A stretch of 64,000 bases of DNA from an uncultured Gemmatimonadales bacterium (GTDB lineage: Bacteria; Gemmatimonadota; Gemmatimonadetes; Gemmatimonadales; GWC2-71-9). A program made the position numbers and the translations under genes. A model generated the notes under the pieces. It was given only the letters and a program-made list of their open reading frames with translations, searched no databases and was not told where the DNA came from. Shown in pieces: positions 1-9,619 of the stretch. The stretch lies in NCBI GenBank assembly GCA_963846945.1, contig CAWJXX010000014.1, positions 67,614 to 131,613 on the forward strand. Reading direction: 5' to 3'. Every line of letters starts with the position of its first letter. Position 1 is the first letter of the stretch.

Positions 1-1
1 C

Positions 2-523
2 CTGAGCCGGCGCGACGCGGCCTTCACCCCCGTCCCGAAATCGATGGCGCTGATGGACGGCCAGCCATTCAGTGGCACGTTCCGCCGGGAGCAGGCGCGC
101 TTCAACGGCTTGATATGGGCCTACCACTGGCTGCAGGTGGGACTCTACGAGCCATTTCTCGCGTCCAACGACCCGGCAACGCAGTCCGCCGGTGTGGCGG
201 CAGCGGTGGCGCATTTCCGGGAAATGCTCGTCGATCCTCCCGCACACATGCCCAGGACGATGCCGATGACGCCGGGTGTCGCACCGGAGTTCTCCCGGCG
301 ACACCCCCGCGCCGCGATCATTTTCGACAACCTGCACATGATGCACGACATCATATCGGACATCCTTCTTTCCCCGCTCGTACCGGCGGACCAGAAAGCG
401 CGGGTCATTGCCGAACAGTTATCCGAGTTCCGCAATCCGGCCCGGAACGTGACCTCGGTCGAGGAATGGAGGGAGATGGGCGAGATGATGGGAGGGGAGG
501 TACCGGAGTCGCACCACCACTGA
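2..523 (+). CDS. hypothetical protein, 5' end cut by window edge
   Basis: The frame of track ORF 44..523 stays open back to nt 2 with no upstream stop. GC3-biased codon usage. No family motif recognised. C-terminus is ...VPESHHH. Confidence 0.5.
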   Translation: MSRRDAAFTPVPKSMALMDGQPFSGTFRREQARFNGLIWAYHWLQVGLYEPFLASNDPATQSAGVAAAVAHFREMLVDPPAHMPRTMPMTPGVAPEFSRRHPRAAIIFDNLHMMHDIISDILLSPLVPADQKARVIAEQLSEFRNPARNVTSVEEWREMGEMMGGEVPESHHH

Positions 524-588
524 TTCCCTTGTAATCGTTATCTTCATTTTCAGTCCGGATCTGGTTCCACCCTCGCAAGGCAACATTC

Positions 589-1317
589 ATGTTCAAGCGA
601 ATGGTTGTTCTCAGTGTGCTGTTCGGCGCCGTCGCCAGTGGCCCCGTCGCGGCGCAGGCGGTGCCCGAAAAAGGATGGGACTTCATCATCGCGCCCTACC
701 TGCTGTTCCCCTACATGAACGGTGACGTCACGATCGGTCCGGTGGTATCGGACATAAACGCCGACGCGAGAACCATTTTCAGCAGTCTCCAGTTCGGTGC
801 GATGCTGTACGCGGAAGCCAGGAGCCCGCAATGGGCGATCGGGTTCGACGGTCTCTACATGGACCTCAGCAAGGATGGCGAGAAGCTTCCGACCAAGTAT
901 GACGGCTATGAGGCGAGCCTGGAGCTGACCGGTTACCGTCGCGCCACGCCCTGGCTCGAGATCCTGGCGGGTGGGCGGCTCAACCTCCTGGGGTCCAGTG
1001 CCACGCTGGAGCCGGTCGGCACGGTGTTCAACAAGGACATCGCGTTCTTCGACCCCTTCCTCGGCGTGCGGATCACCGTGCCCAACACCGGCCGGTGGGA
1101 CTATGCGGTCCGGGGTGACGTCGGCGGGTTCGGGGTCGGGTCGCAGTTCACCTGGCAGACACGGATTACTGTCGGGTTTCGCGTGTCGAAGCTGATCACC
1201 ATCGGCGCAGCCTACTGGCTGTTCAGTATCGACTACGAGCAGGGGAGCGGCCTCACCTACTTCAAGTATGACGTGCTGACGTCCGGTCCCGAGATCGGCA
1301 TCGCGTTCACCTTCTGA
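589..1317 (+). CDS. outer-membrane beta-barrel protein (unknown family)
   Basis: Signal peptide MFKRMVVLSVLFGAVASGPVAAQA. Alternating hydrophobic strand pattern. Aromatic C-terminus ...EIGIAFTF typical of OM barrels. Confidence 0.7.
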   Translation: MFKRMVVLSVLFGAVASGPVAAQAVPEKGWDFIIAPYLLFPYMNGDVTIGPVVSDINADARTIFSSLQFGAMLYAEARSPQWAIGFDGLYMDLSKDGEKLPTKYDGYEASLELTGYRRATPWLEILAGGRLNLLGSSATLEPVGTVFNKDIAFFDPFLGVRITVPNTGRWDYAVRGDVGGFGVGSQFTWQTRITVGFRVSKLITIGAAYWLFSIDYEQGSGLTYFKYDVLTSGPEIGIAFTF

Positions 1318-1357
1318 GCATGCATTACCTTCACACATCACGGGAAAGCGACCGTAT

Positions 1358-2056
1358 ATGAAGCGCCTTGCAACGAAGCACCTTGCACGCCTGCTGCTGG
1401 CCGGCGGGGTCGCCCTTGCCTTTCCTTCCTTCGCGCTGGGGCAGACGCCGAATCCGGGCGCCGCGGCCAATGCCTATGCGGCCGGCGCGAAGAAGAACGC
1501 CGAGCTGATGCAGCAGTACACCTGGAAGATGCGAGTCCAGCTGACCTACAAGGGCGAGCAGAAGCCGGCCTCGCTGTACCAGATGAACTACGTGAACGGG
1601 CAGCTTCAGAAGACGCTCATCAGTGCTCCGCCGGAGGAGTCGGGTCGCAAGCACGGCATCAAGGCGCGCGTCAAGGAAGACAAGATTGCCGAGATCAAGG
1701 CTGACGTGGACTCGATGGTCAGCCTGACCAGGAAGTACATGGCGCCGTCACCCGGCCAGATGTACAACTTCTACTCCAGCGCCACCATCGGCCCGGCGCC
1801 GGCCGGCGGCATTCAGGCCGCGGGCACCAACTTCGTCCAGCCCGGCGACCAGGTCACCTATTTCATCGACCCGGCCACCAAGAGCCCGACCAGCTTCAAC
1901 TTTTCGACGACGCTCCAGGGCAAGCCCGTCACCGGCACGGCGACTTATGCCCAGGTTCCCGGTGGGCCCAAGTACGCGTCGTCGCTGACGATCAATGATC
2001 CGGGTGACAACATCTCGGTGGCGGTGACCAACTTCGACTACCAGAAGAGTCAGTGA
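1358..2056 (+). CDS. secreted protein of unknown function, paralog A
   Basis: Signal peptide ending ...AFPSFALGQ. Roughly half the positions are identical by eye to the next ORF (shared YTWKMR, LYQMNY-NGQLQKTL, F-QPGD, GP-YAS, FD-Q-SQ end). Confidence 0.7.
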   Translation: MKRLATKHLARLLLAGGVALAFPSFALGQTPNPGAAANAYAAGAKKNAELMQQYTWKMRVQLTYKGEQKPASLYQMNYVNGQLQKTLISAPPEESGRKHGIKARVKEDKIAEIKADVDSMVSLTRKYMAPSPGQMYNFYSSATIGPAPAGGIQAAGTNFVQPGDQVTYFIDPATKSPTSFNFSTTLQGKPVTGTATYAQVPGGPKYASSLTINDPGDNISVAVTNFDYQKSQ

Positions 2057-2138
2057 GTGGAACGGTGAGAGGTGAGAGGTAAGCGGTAAGAAGACGGGTA
2101 GAAGCGGGTGGGCCTCGAGGGGAAAAGGGGAGACTCAA

Positions 2139-2855
2139 ATGATGAGGCGCGAAGTGTGGCGGCCGCGCGGGGCGCGGCCAGCGGGTTCGCTCGCCTTCGG
2201 CGTGGCGCTGTTGATCATGGCTCGCCCTGCCTGCGCGGGCGCAGGTCCAAATCCCGGGATGGCAGCCGACGCATATGCCGCGCGCGCGAAGGAAAATGCC
2301 GCGCTCATGCAGAAGTACACCTGGAAGATGCGGATCGAGTTCGTCTCGAAGGGCGAAGAGAAGCCGGCGGCGCTCTATCAGATGAACTATGCCAACGGCC
2401 AGCTGCAGAAGACGCTGCTCACGGAACCGGAGAAGCTCGGTGGCCGTCAGCATGGCATCCGGCACCGGATGGAGGAGAAGAAGCTGGCCGAGTTCCAGCA
2501 GTGGGTCGGCGACCTGACCAGCCTGATCAAGCGCTACATGACGCCGACGCCGGGCACGATGATGGACTTCTATTCGAAGGCCACGTTCAGCCCGATGCCA
2601 AGCGGCAACGTAAGGGTGATGGAGACGGGCTTCATCCAGCCGGGCGACACAGCGACCTACTGGGTCAATCCCGGCACGCACAAGCCGGTGCGTTACGTCT
2701 TCGCGACGTCTTTGCAGGGTGATGCGGTCAACTGCACCGTCCAGTTCGCCGATATTCCGCACGGACCGCAGTACGCGTCCGTGATCCACGTTTCCGTGCC
2801 GGCAAAGCAGATCTCGGCCACGGTCACGCAATTCGACTTCCAGCTCAGCCAGTAA
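2139..2855 (+). CDS. secreted protein of unknown function, paralog B (tandem duplicate of 1358..2056)
   Basis: Hydrophobic N-terminus ...FGVALLIMARPACAGAG. Collinear similarity to paralog A over the full length. Confidence 0.7.
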   Translation: MMRREVWRPRGARPAGSLAFGVALLIMARPACAGAGPNPGMAADAYAARAKENAALMQKYTWKMRIEFVSKGEEKPAALYQMNYANGQLQKTLLTEPEKLGGRQHGIRHRMEEKKLAEFQQWVGDLTSLIKRYMTPTPGTMMDFYSKATFSPMPSGNVRVMETGFIQPGDTATYWVNPGTHKPVRYVFATSLQGDAVNCTVQFADIPHGPQYASVIHVSVPAKQISATVTQFDFQLSQ

Positions 2856-2893
2856 CTCACGACCGCGGTCTCGCGACCCACGAACCACGACAG

Positions 2894-5157
2894 ATGAACA
2901 ACATGAAGCGGTCATTGCTGGCGCTGGCGGCGCTGGGTGTCATCGTCCATCCCCGTCACGGCGCAGGTCCGGCAGCTAACCTGGCCACGTACCCTCACCG
3001 CTGCGGACGGCACCCGCATCACGCTCTTCCAGCCCCAGGTTGAAAGCTGGAGTTACTACGTGCTGCTCAAGTACCGGATGGCGGCCGAAGTCCTGCCTCC
3101 GGGTGCTACAACAGAAATCCCTGGCATCCTCGAGATGAGCGGCGAGACCAGCACGGACCTGGCATCAGGTACCGTGGCGCTCTACAACCAGAAACTGGTG
3201 AGCGCCACCTTCCCGGGGCCGCCAGTCCCACGGCGCAGCGGCTGCAGGCACTGACGGCGTCGCTCATTCCGGTCGGCACCATGACCCTGTCATTGAGCCA
3301 GGTCCAGAGCTACATGAACACCGAGCAGGTAGCGACGCCGACGGCTGGCCCGCCTCCGCCCGAGGCCGGGAGTGCGCCCGCGAGCAAGCCGGCCATTCCC
3401 GCCAGCCTTCCGCAGCCGGCGCCCCCGATTTTCTACAGCCAGTCGCCGGCCATCCTGGTGATTTTCGAGGGGGCGCCGGGATTCGCGCCGGTGGTGTCCG
3501 GATCGAACCTCTTTTTCGCAGTGAACACCAACTGGCCGGTCTTCCAGGACAAGGGGAGCAGCACCTACTTCATGCTCGACGGCAGCAGCTGGCTGCAGGC
3601 ACCAACGGTGAAGGGCCCGTGGCAGGTGGCGGGACCGCTTCCCGCTTCGATCAACCAGCTGCCTCGCAACTCTGAATGGGCGGACGTCACGCAGAATATT
3701 CCGGGCAAGCCGCTGTCGGCGGCGCCAATGGTATTCGTCAGCGATTCCGCTGCGGAACTGATCCTCGTGACGGGGCAGCCGCAATTGAAGGCGATTCCCG
3801 GTACGGCGCTCTCCTGGGTCACCAACAGTGAGAGTGACCTCTTCCTCTATCAGCCGTCACAGCAGTGGTACTACCTGGTGTCCGGCCGCTGGTTCTCCGG
3901 CCCCGACTCTCAACGGGCCGTGGTCTACGCGACCACCAGCCTCCCGGCCGATTTCCAGAAGATCCCCGCGAGCAATCCACGCGCGGCCGTGCTCGCGTCC
4001 GTTCCGGGCACGCCACAGGCACAACAGGCGGTGGCGATGGCGCAGATGCCGCACAAGGCGGACGTGAACATCGCGACCACCACGGTGAACGTGACTTACG
4101 GTGGTCCACCGCAGTTCACGCCCATTCCGGGCACGACGATGCAGTACGCCACCAACACGACGTACCAGGTGATCCAGGCGGATGGCCTGTATTACACCTG
4201 CTACCAGGCGGTGTGGTTCGTGTCGCAGTCACCCAATGGTCCATGGGCGGTGGCGACCGTGGTGCCGCAGGTGATCTACACGATCCCGCCGACATCGCCG
4301 ATGTACAACGTGACCTACGTGCAGATCTACAGCTCGACGCCGACGACCGTCGTGTACGGCTATACGTCGGGTTATAACGGCGCCTACGTCTCGGCGGCCG
4401 GCGTGGTGATGCTCGGCGTCGGCATTGCACTCATCGCCACCGCGCCATACTACCCGCCGGGGTTCGGTTATCCGGTGTACTACCACCCACCCTATTGCTA
4501 CTCGAGCTACGGCTATCACGCCGGGTACAATCCCTACACGGGCGCGTACTATCACGGCACCTCGGCGTATGGACCGTATGGCGGATACAGCTACGGCGCG
4601 TCATACAATCCCAGTACCGGCACCTATGCGCGGGGGGCGTCGGTCACCAACGCGTACGGGACCACGTCGGCTGAGCACGCGTACAACCCGTACACCGGTG
4701 CGAATGCGGCGACTGAGCAGCACTCGGGTGCGAATGGCTCGTGGGGGCAGTCGGTAGCGAGCAAGAACGGCGAAACCGCGTACAGCAGCCACGCGTCCAA
4801 CGCCTATGGCTCGGCCGGCCAGGTTTCCACATCGTCCGGCGGGCATGCGGCCGGCGTCACGACGGCGAACGGAACGAGTACGGCTGGCAAAACCTCCAGC
4901 GGCGACCAGTACGCGAGCCACGACGGCACCGTCTACAAGAACACGGGGACGGGATGGCAGAGCAACAGTGGCAGTGGATGGAACAACGCACAGAAGCCGG
5001 CCTCGGCCTCAGTAGACCAGCAGGCACGCAGCTCGGCAGCATCGAGCTTCGAGCGACTTCAACAATTACAGGAGCAGTGGATCCAGTCAGCTACGGTGGC
5101 GGATCGTGGGGCGGAAGTGGCGGTGGGGGCGGGGGACGCTGGGGCGGGCGCCGCTGA
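2894..5157 (+). CDS. large exported protein of unknown function with Tyr/Gly/Ser-rich C-terminal region (frameshifted as assembled)
   Basis: Starts at ATG 2894 with signal peptide MNNMKRSLLALAALGVIV. It continues in track frames 2937..3254 and 3281.., with frame changes near 2948, near 3215 (cccgggg run) and at 5050-5090. The globular body has repeated SGRWF / GPW-VA-type motifs. A low-complexity tail of about 250 aa follows. The alternative frame ends ...SYGGGSWGGSGGGGGGRWGGRR* at 5157, directly before a strong terminator. The track continuation to 5671 runs antisense into the next gene. Confidence 0.7.
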
Positions 5158-5169
5158 ACCGCGGTCGGT

Positions 5170-5222
5170 GAGTCGTGAGTCGTGCAAAATCAGCGCACGA
5201 CTCCGAGCTCACGACTCTTTTT
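5170..5222 (+). terminator. intrinsic terminator (hairpin plus T5)
   Basis: gagtcgtgagtcgtgc-aaaatcagc-gcacgactc..cacgactc followed by ttttt. It sits between convergent genes ending at 5157 (+) and 5222 (-). Confidence 0.7.
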
Positions 5223-6377
5223 CACGCCGTCACCGTCCTGAGCTCCGTACAGAACACCCGCATTTCTTCCGGCGTTCCCACGGTAATCCGCGCATAGGTG
5301 GGCCATGCGGGCCAGGTCCGCCCGATCAGCACCCCCCGCTGGGCCATGGCCGTCGCCAGTTCGGCCGCCGGCCTCCCGGCGTCGAGCATGAAGCAATTAC
5401 TCACGGACGGATGGAACTTGTAGTTGTACTTCGTCAGGAAGGCGAAGGTCTCCTCGCGTGCCTGGCGCGTGTACGCCCGCCGGATGCCGACGAGTTTCGA
5501 ATCATCTACGCTCGCTCGCGCCGCGGCCAGCCCTGTGGTGGAACTGATGAGCGGGCCGAACGCGTGCAGCTTCTCGAGCGTCTGTGGCTGGGCGATGGCC
5601 ATGCCCATCCGGAGCCCGGCCATTCCATAGAGCTTGGAAAAGGTTCGGAGCACGAGCAGGTCGGGATGTGAGGTCGTCAGTTCCACCACCGAGTGCTCGT
5701 CCGAGAAATGGATATAGGCTTCGTCCACCATGAGCATGGACCCCGCGGGCTTGTTCGCCAGCGCCCAGACGATATCCTCCCGCGGCGTCGTGGTCCCGGT
5801 GGGGTTGTTCGGGTTGCAGATGTACAGCAGGCCGGCCGTGGGCGAGGCGGCCACCATCGCCTTCACGTCGTGGGCAATGGTTGACGTGAGGGGGACGGGA
5901 ATTGCCGGCGCTCCTACGATTCGCGCTGCCTGCCAGCCCGGCCTCGAAGCCCGGCTCGCCATATACGTAGGCCTTCCCGGGCTCCGTGAACGCGAGCACC
6001 GCTCGATGGAGGGGATCGCTCGACCCGTTGTAGAGCTCCACATATCCTGCCGGCAATCCCTCCAGTTCCGCAATGTGCTTCTCCAGCGCCTTTTCGGGCG
6101 CGAACGGATAGCGCCCATCTTCCGCGCCCAGCGCCTGCATTGCGCTGAGCGCTGCATCGGAGGGGCCGAGCGGGTTCTCATTGGAATTGATGCGAATGGC
6201 ATTGGGCGGCACCAGGCCGCGGAGCGCCGTGTATGCCAGCTGCCCCTCGGTGGACCCGCGCGGCAACGCAATCCCTGCGGCACCGAGCGCCAGCAGTCGT
6301 GAAAAATCGCGGCGGCTCAGCTGGCCGGAAATGAGCGGCAATTCGCTGTAGGTTGGCATGCGTGACGATTGCCCCAT
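5222..6377 (-). CDS. class I/II PLP-dependent aminotransferase (HisC-like) with Tat-type signal (one frameshift as assembled)
   Basis: N-terminal part lies in track frame 5502..6377: SRRDFSRLLALGAAGIA, IRINSNENPLGPS, GYVELYNGSSDPL. C-terminal part lies in frame 5222..6283: LYICNPNNPTGT, MVDEAYIHF, RTFSKLYGMAGLRMG. The two parts join near 5930. Confidence 0.8.
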
Positions 6378-6460
6378 GCGTCTATCCTGTCAAGGAATGG
6401 CTGGCAGTTGCCCGTGGCCGTAGGTTATAGCGACACCTGACCTTCCCCCGGAGATTCACC

Positions 6461-6766
6461 ATGGATTCAGCTTCGGCAGGCGGCCACGCGCTCATGCTGG
6501 GTGCGGGCATCGGTCTTTTTGTCTTCCTGCTCATCCTGGCCGGTATCGGCCTGCTGGTCGGGGCCCTGGCCCGGTTCCTGTTGCCCGGTCCTGACCCGAT
6601 GAGCCTGCCCGCCACGATGGGGTATGGCCTTGCCGGGTCCCTTCTGGGCGGGTTTGTGGGCCGCGTGCTTCACATCCAGCAGTATTTCGGCTTCTTCCTG
6701 GCCATTGCGGGATCGGCCTTCCTGATCTGGTGGTTTACCCGAAGGGGGAAGACCGCGGCGAGCTGA
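6461..6766 (+). CDS. GlsB/YeaQ/YmgE-family small membrane protein
   Basis: 101 aa with three hydrophobic helices and Gly-zipper motifs (GIGLLVGALARFLLPGPDP, GLAGSLLGGFVG). Confidence 0.75.
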   Translation: MDSASAGGHALMLGAGIGLFVFLLILAGIGLLVGALARFLLPGPDPMSLPATMGYGLAGSLLGGFVGRVLHIQQYFGFFLAIAGSAFLIWWFTRRGKTAAS

Positions 6767-6849
6767 TCCACCGTAGCTTTCCCGTCCCGGGCCGGTGCGG
6801 TACTATCAAGGCTCGGGTACAACCTCTGGACCGGCAGGGACGGGACACA

Positions 6850-7467
6850 ATGAGAGTCTACAAGCTTGGCGCCCTCGCGGCGCTCGTACTGACGATCACG
6901 GCGGTGCCGGTGGTCGCGCAGTCGGGCGCCGCTCAGCATTCCGACACCGCGGGCCATCCCAGCACCGCCGACGTTGCCTTCATGACCGACATGATCGGTC
7001 ACCACCAGCAGGCAATCCTCATCTCCGGCTGGTGTCCCACCCATGGGGCAAGCGCGTCGATCCAGACCCTCTGCAGCCGGATCGTGGTGGGCCAGCAGGA
7101 CGAAATCGCCGTCATGAACCAGTGGCTCAAGGAACATGGTGAAACATTGCCGGGGACCGATTCGTCTCATCAGATGATGGCGGGGATGGACCATGACATG
7201 CCGGGCATGAAGATGATGCCGGGCATGCTCAACGCGAGCCAGCTGGCGCAGTTGAACGCCGCGCATGGGACCGAGTTCGACCGCCTCTTCCTGACGTACA
7301 TGATCAAGCACCACGAAGGCGCGCTGACCATGGTCGACGAGCTCTTCGGCTCGCAGAGCGCGGCGCAGGACAACACGGTCTACAAGGTTGCAACAGACAT
7401 CTACGCCGAACAGACGACTGAAATTGCCCGAATGAACAAGATGCTCGCTGCATTGCCGCCCGGTTAA
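6850..7467 (+). CDS. DUF305-family exported protein
   Basis: Internal ATG at 6850 gives signal peptide MRVYKLGALAALVLTITAVPVVAQ. Duplicated DUF305 signature (FMTDMIGHHQQAI and FLTYMIKHHEGAL). Met-rich linker MMAGMDHDMPGMKMMPGM. Confidence 0.8.
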   Translation: MRVYKLGALAALVLTITAVPVVAQSGAAQHSDTAGHPSTADVAFMTDMIGHHQQAILISGWCPTHGASASIQTLCSRIVVGQQDEIAVMNQWLKEHGETLPGTDSSHQMMAGMDHDMPGMKMMPGMLNASQLAQLNAAHGTEFDRLFLTYMIKHHEGALTMVDELFGSQSAAQDNTVYKVATDIYAEQTTEIARMNKMLAALPPG

Positions 7468-7495
7468 CTCCCCTTATCTCGAACAGGAATCAATC

Positions 7496-9563
7496 ATGGC
7501 TTCCGTTGTATGGTCCCGACCGCGAGGCTCGACAGCCTCCCCGATGTTCCGGGCGTCCGTCGCCCTGGGCTGGCTGCTGGCTGCGGCCTGTGGCGGTTCG
7601 AGCAGTTCCAGCACGCCCAACACTGCCGCTTCGCCAAAGGCACCGGCCGGTCCGCCCGCAACGGGCACCGTGGCCAAGTCGCTGACAGGTGCGCCCCAGC
7701 CTGATCCTCGTGTGGGCCTCAAGGCGGGCCAGACCGACGCCGGCATGGCGATCTGGAACATGAAGATGCTGTCGAACACGCCCGCGTCGGAGAAATTCCA
7801 CGGCGTGACCAATTCAGACCTCGCCTTCCGCGGCCAGTACGCGATTCAGGGCAACTACAACGGCTACCAGGTCTGGGACATTTCCAACCCGGCGAGCCCG
7901 TCGCTGGCCGCGTACTTCCTCTGCCCCGCCTCGCAGAGCGATGTGTCGGTCTACGCGAACCTCCTGTTCGTCTCGGGTGAGGGCAACTCGGGCCGCACGG
8001 ACTGCGGTACGCAGGGCGTGAAGGACTCGGTGAGTGCCGATCGCCTTCGCGGTATCCGCATTCTCGACGCGACCGACATCGCCAACCCGAAGTACATCGC
8101 GAACGTGCAGACCTGCCGCGGCTCGCACACGCACACGGTGGTGACTGACCCGAACGACAAGGAGAACGTCTACATCTACGTCTCCGGCTCGGCCGGCGTG
8201 CGGTCGCCGAGCGAGTTGCCCGGTTGCTCCAAGATGCAGCCGGACAAGGACCCGGCTTCGGCGCTGTTCCGTATCGAGGTGATCAAGGTGCCGCTGGCGC
8301 ACCCGGAGCAGGCTGCCATCGTGAGCTCGCCGCGCATCTTCGCGGGCCTGGTGGCGCCGGCGTCGCACAAGGATGCCAAGGAAGACGTTGCGGAGCAGGC
8401 GAAGGAGGCGGCCGACTGGCGCGCCAAGGGTGGCTATACGGCAACGATCCGCGGCACCGAGTACATCCTGCCGCCGCAGTTCGTGAACCCGATGCTCGAC
8501 AGCGTCATGAAGGCCCGTGGCGGCACCGGCTCACCCAACGGTGCGGACAGCGCGGCACTGCGCGCGGCGCTGCCCGCGATGATTGCCCAGCCGGTTCCCG
8601 GAGGAGACGCCGGGTACCGGCCCGCGTCCGGGCCCGACCCAGTGCCACGACATCACGGTGTATCCGGCTATTGGCCTCGCGGGCGGCGCGTGCGAAGGCT
8701 ACGGCCTGCTGCTCGACATCCGCGACGTAACCAACCCGAAGCGCATCGACCAGGTCTCCGACTCCAACTTCTCCTACTGGCACTCGGCGACGTTCAACAA
8801 CGCCGGGACCAAGATGCTGTTCTCGGATGAGTGGGGCGGCGGCGGCGGCCCGAAGTGCCGTGCGACCGACCACCCGGAGTGGGGCGCCGATGCCCTCTTC
8901 ACGCTGACGAACAACAAGCTGGCGTTCCAGAGCTACTACAAGATGCCGGCGCCCCAGACCAAGTATGAGAACTGCGTGGCGCACAACGGCTCGCTGATCC
9001 CGATCCCCGGCCGCGACGTCATGGTGCAGTCGTGGTACCAGGGCGGCGTGTCGGTGTTCGACTGGACCGACACGGCGCACCCGATCGAGATCGCGTTCCA
9101 GGACCGGGGCCCGGTGGACTCCACCAAGATGGGCAGCGGTGGCACCTGGTCGGCGTACTGGTACAACGGCGTCATCGTAAGCTCCGAGATTTCCCGCGGG
9201 CTGGACATCTTCGAGCTCACGCCGAGCAAGTACATCTCGCAGAACGAAATCGATGCTGCCAAGCTGGTGAAGCTCGACCACCTCAACGTGCAGAGCCAGC
9301 CGAAGATCACCTGGCCGGCCAACGTCGTCGTGTCGCTCGCATACCTCGACCAGCTCGAGCGGAACGGTGGCATGTCGTCGGGGAAGATTTCGTCGACCCG
9401 CAAGGAGCTTGATCGCGCCAACAAGCTGTCCGGCGCAGATCGTACCAGCGCCCTCAACAAGCTGGCGACGGACCTCAACACCGAGGCTGCCAGCGCGAAG
9501 GATCCGGCGAGGGTGAAGATGCTGGCCAGCTCCGTGACGAGCCTGGCAAGCGGCGGCATGTAA
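7496..9563 (+). CDS. LVIVD-repeat beta-propeller lipoprotein (one frameshift as assembled)
   Basis: Lipobox LLAAAC. Repeated motifs YQVWDISNPASP, IRILDATDIANP, LLLDIRDVTNP, LDIFELT. Track frames 7496..8830 and 8583..9563 join near 8600. Confidence 0.75.
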
Positions 9564-9580
9564 GCCGCTCGAAACAGCGC

Positions 9581-9619
9581 GAAGCCCCGCGGAGCCTGCT
9601 CCGCGGGGCTTCGTGTTTT
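9581..9619 (+). terminator. intrinsic terminator
   Basis: Perfect inverted repeat gaagccccgcggagc/gctccgcggggcttc followed by gtgtttt. Located between convergent genes. Confidence 0.7.

Noticed and set aside
2057-2138. Purine-rich spacer between the tandem paralogs with ggtgagag/ggtaag repeats
   Set aside because: It is short and degenerate, has no inverted symmetry, and ends in the SD region of paralog B. It is probably just spacer left from the duplication.
3281-5671. Track ORF extending the large exported protein to 5671
   Set aside because: Beyond about 5100 it runs antisense through the aminotransferase gene and across a strong terminator (5170-5222). The alternative frame gives a plausible Gly-Arg C-terminus stopping at 5157.
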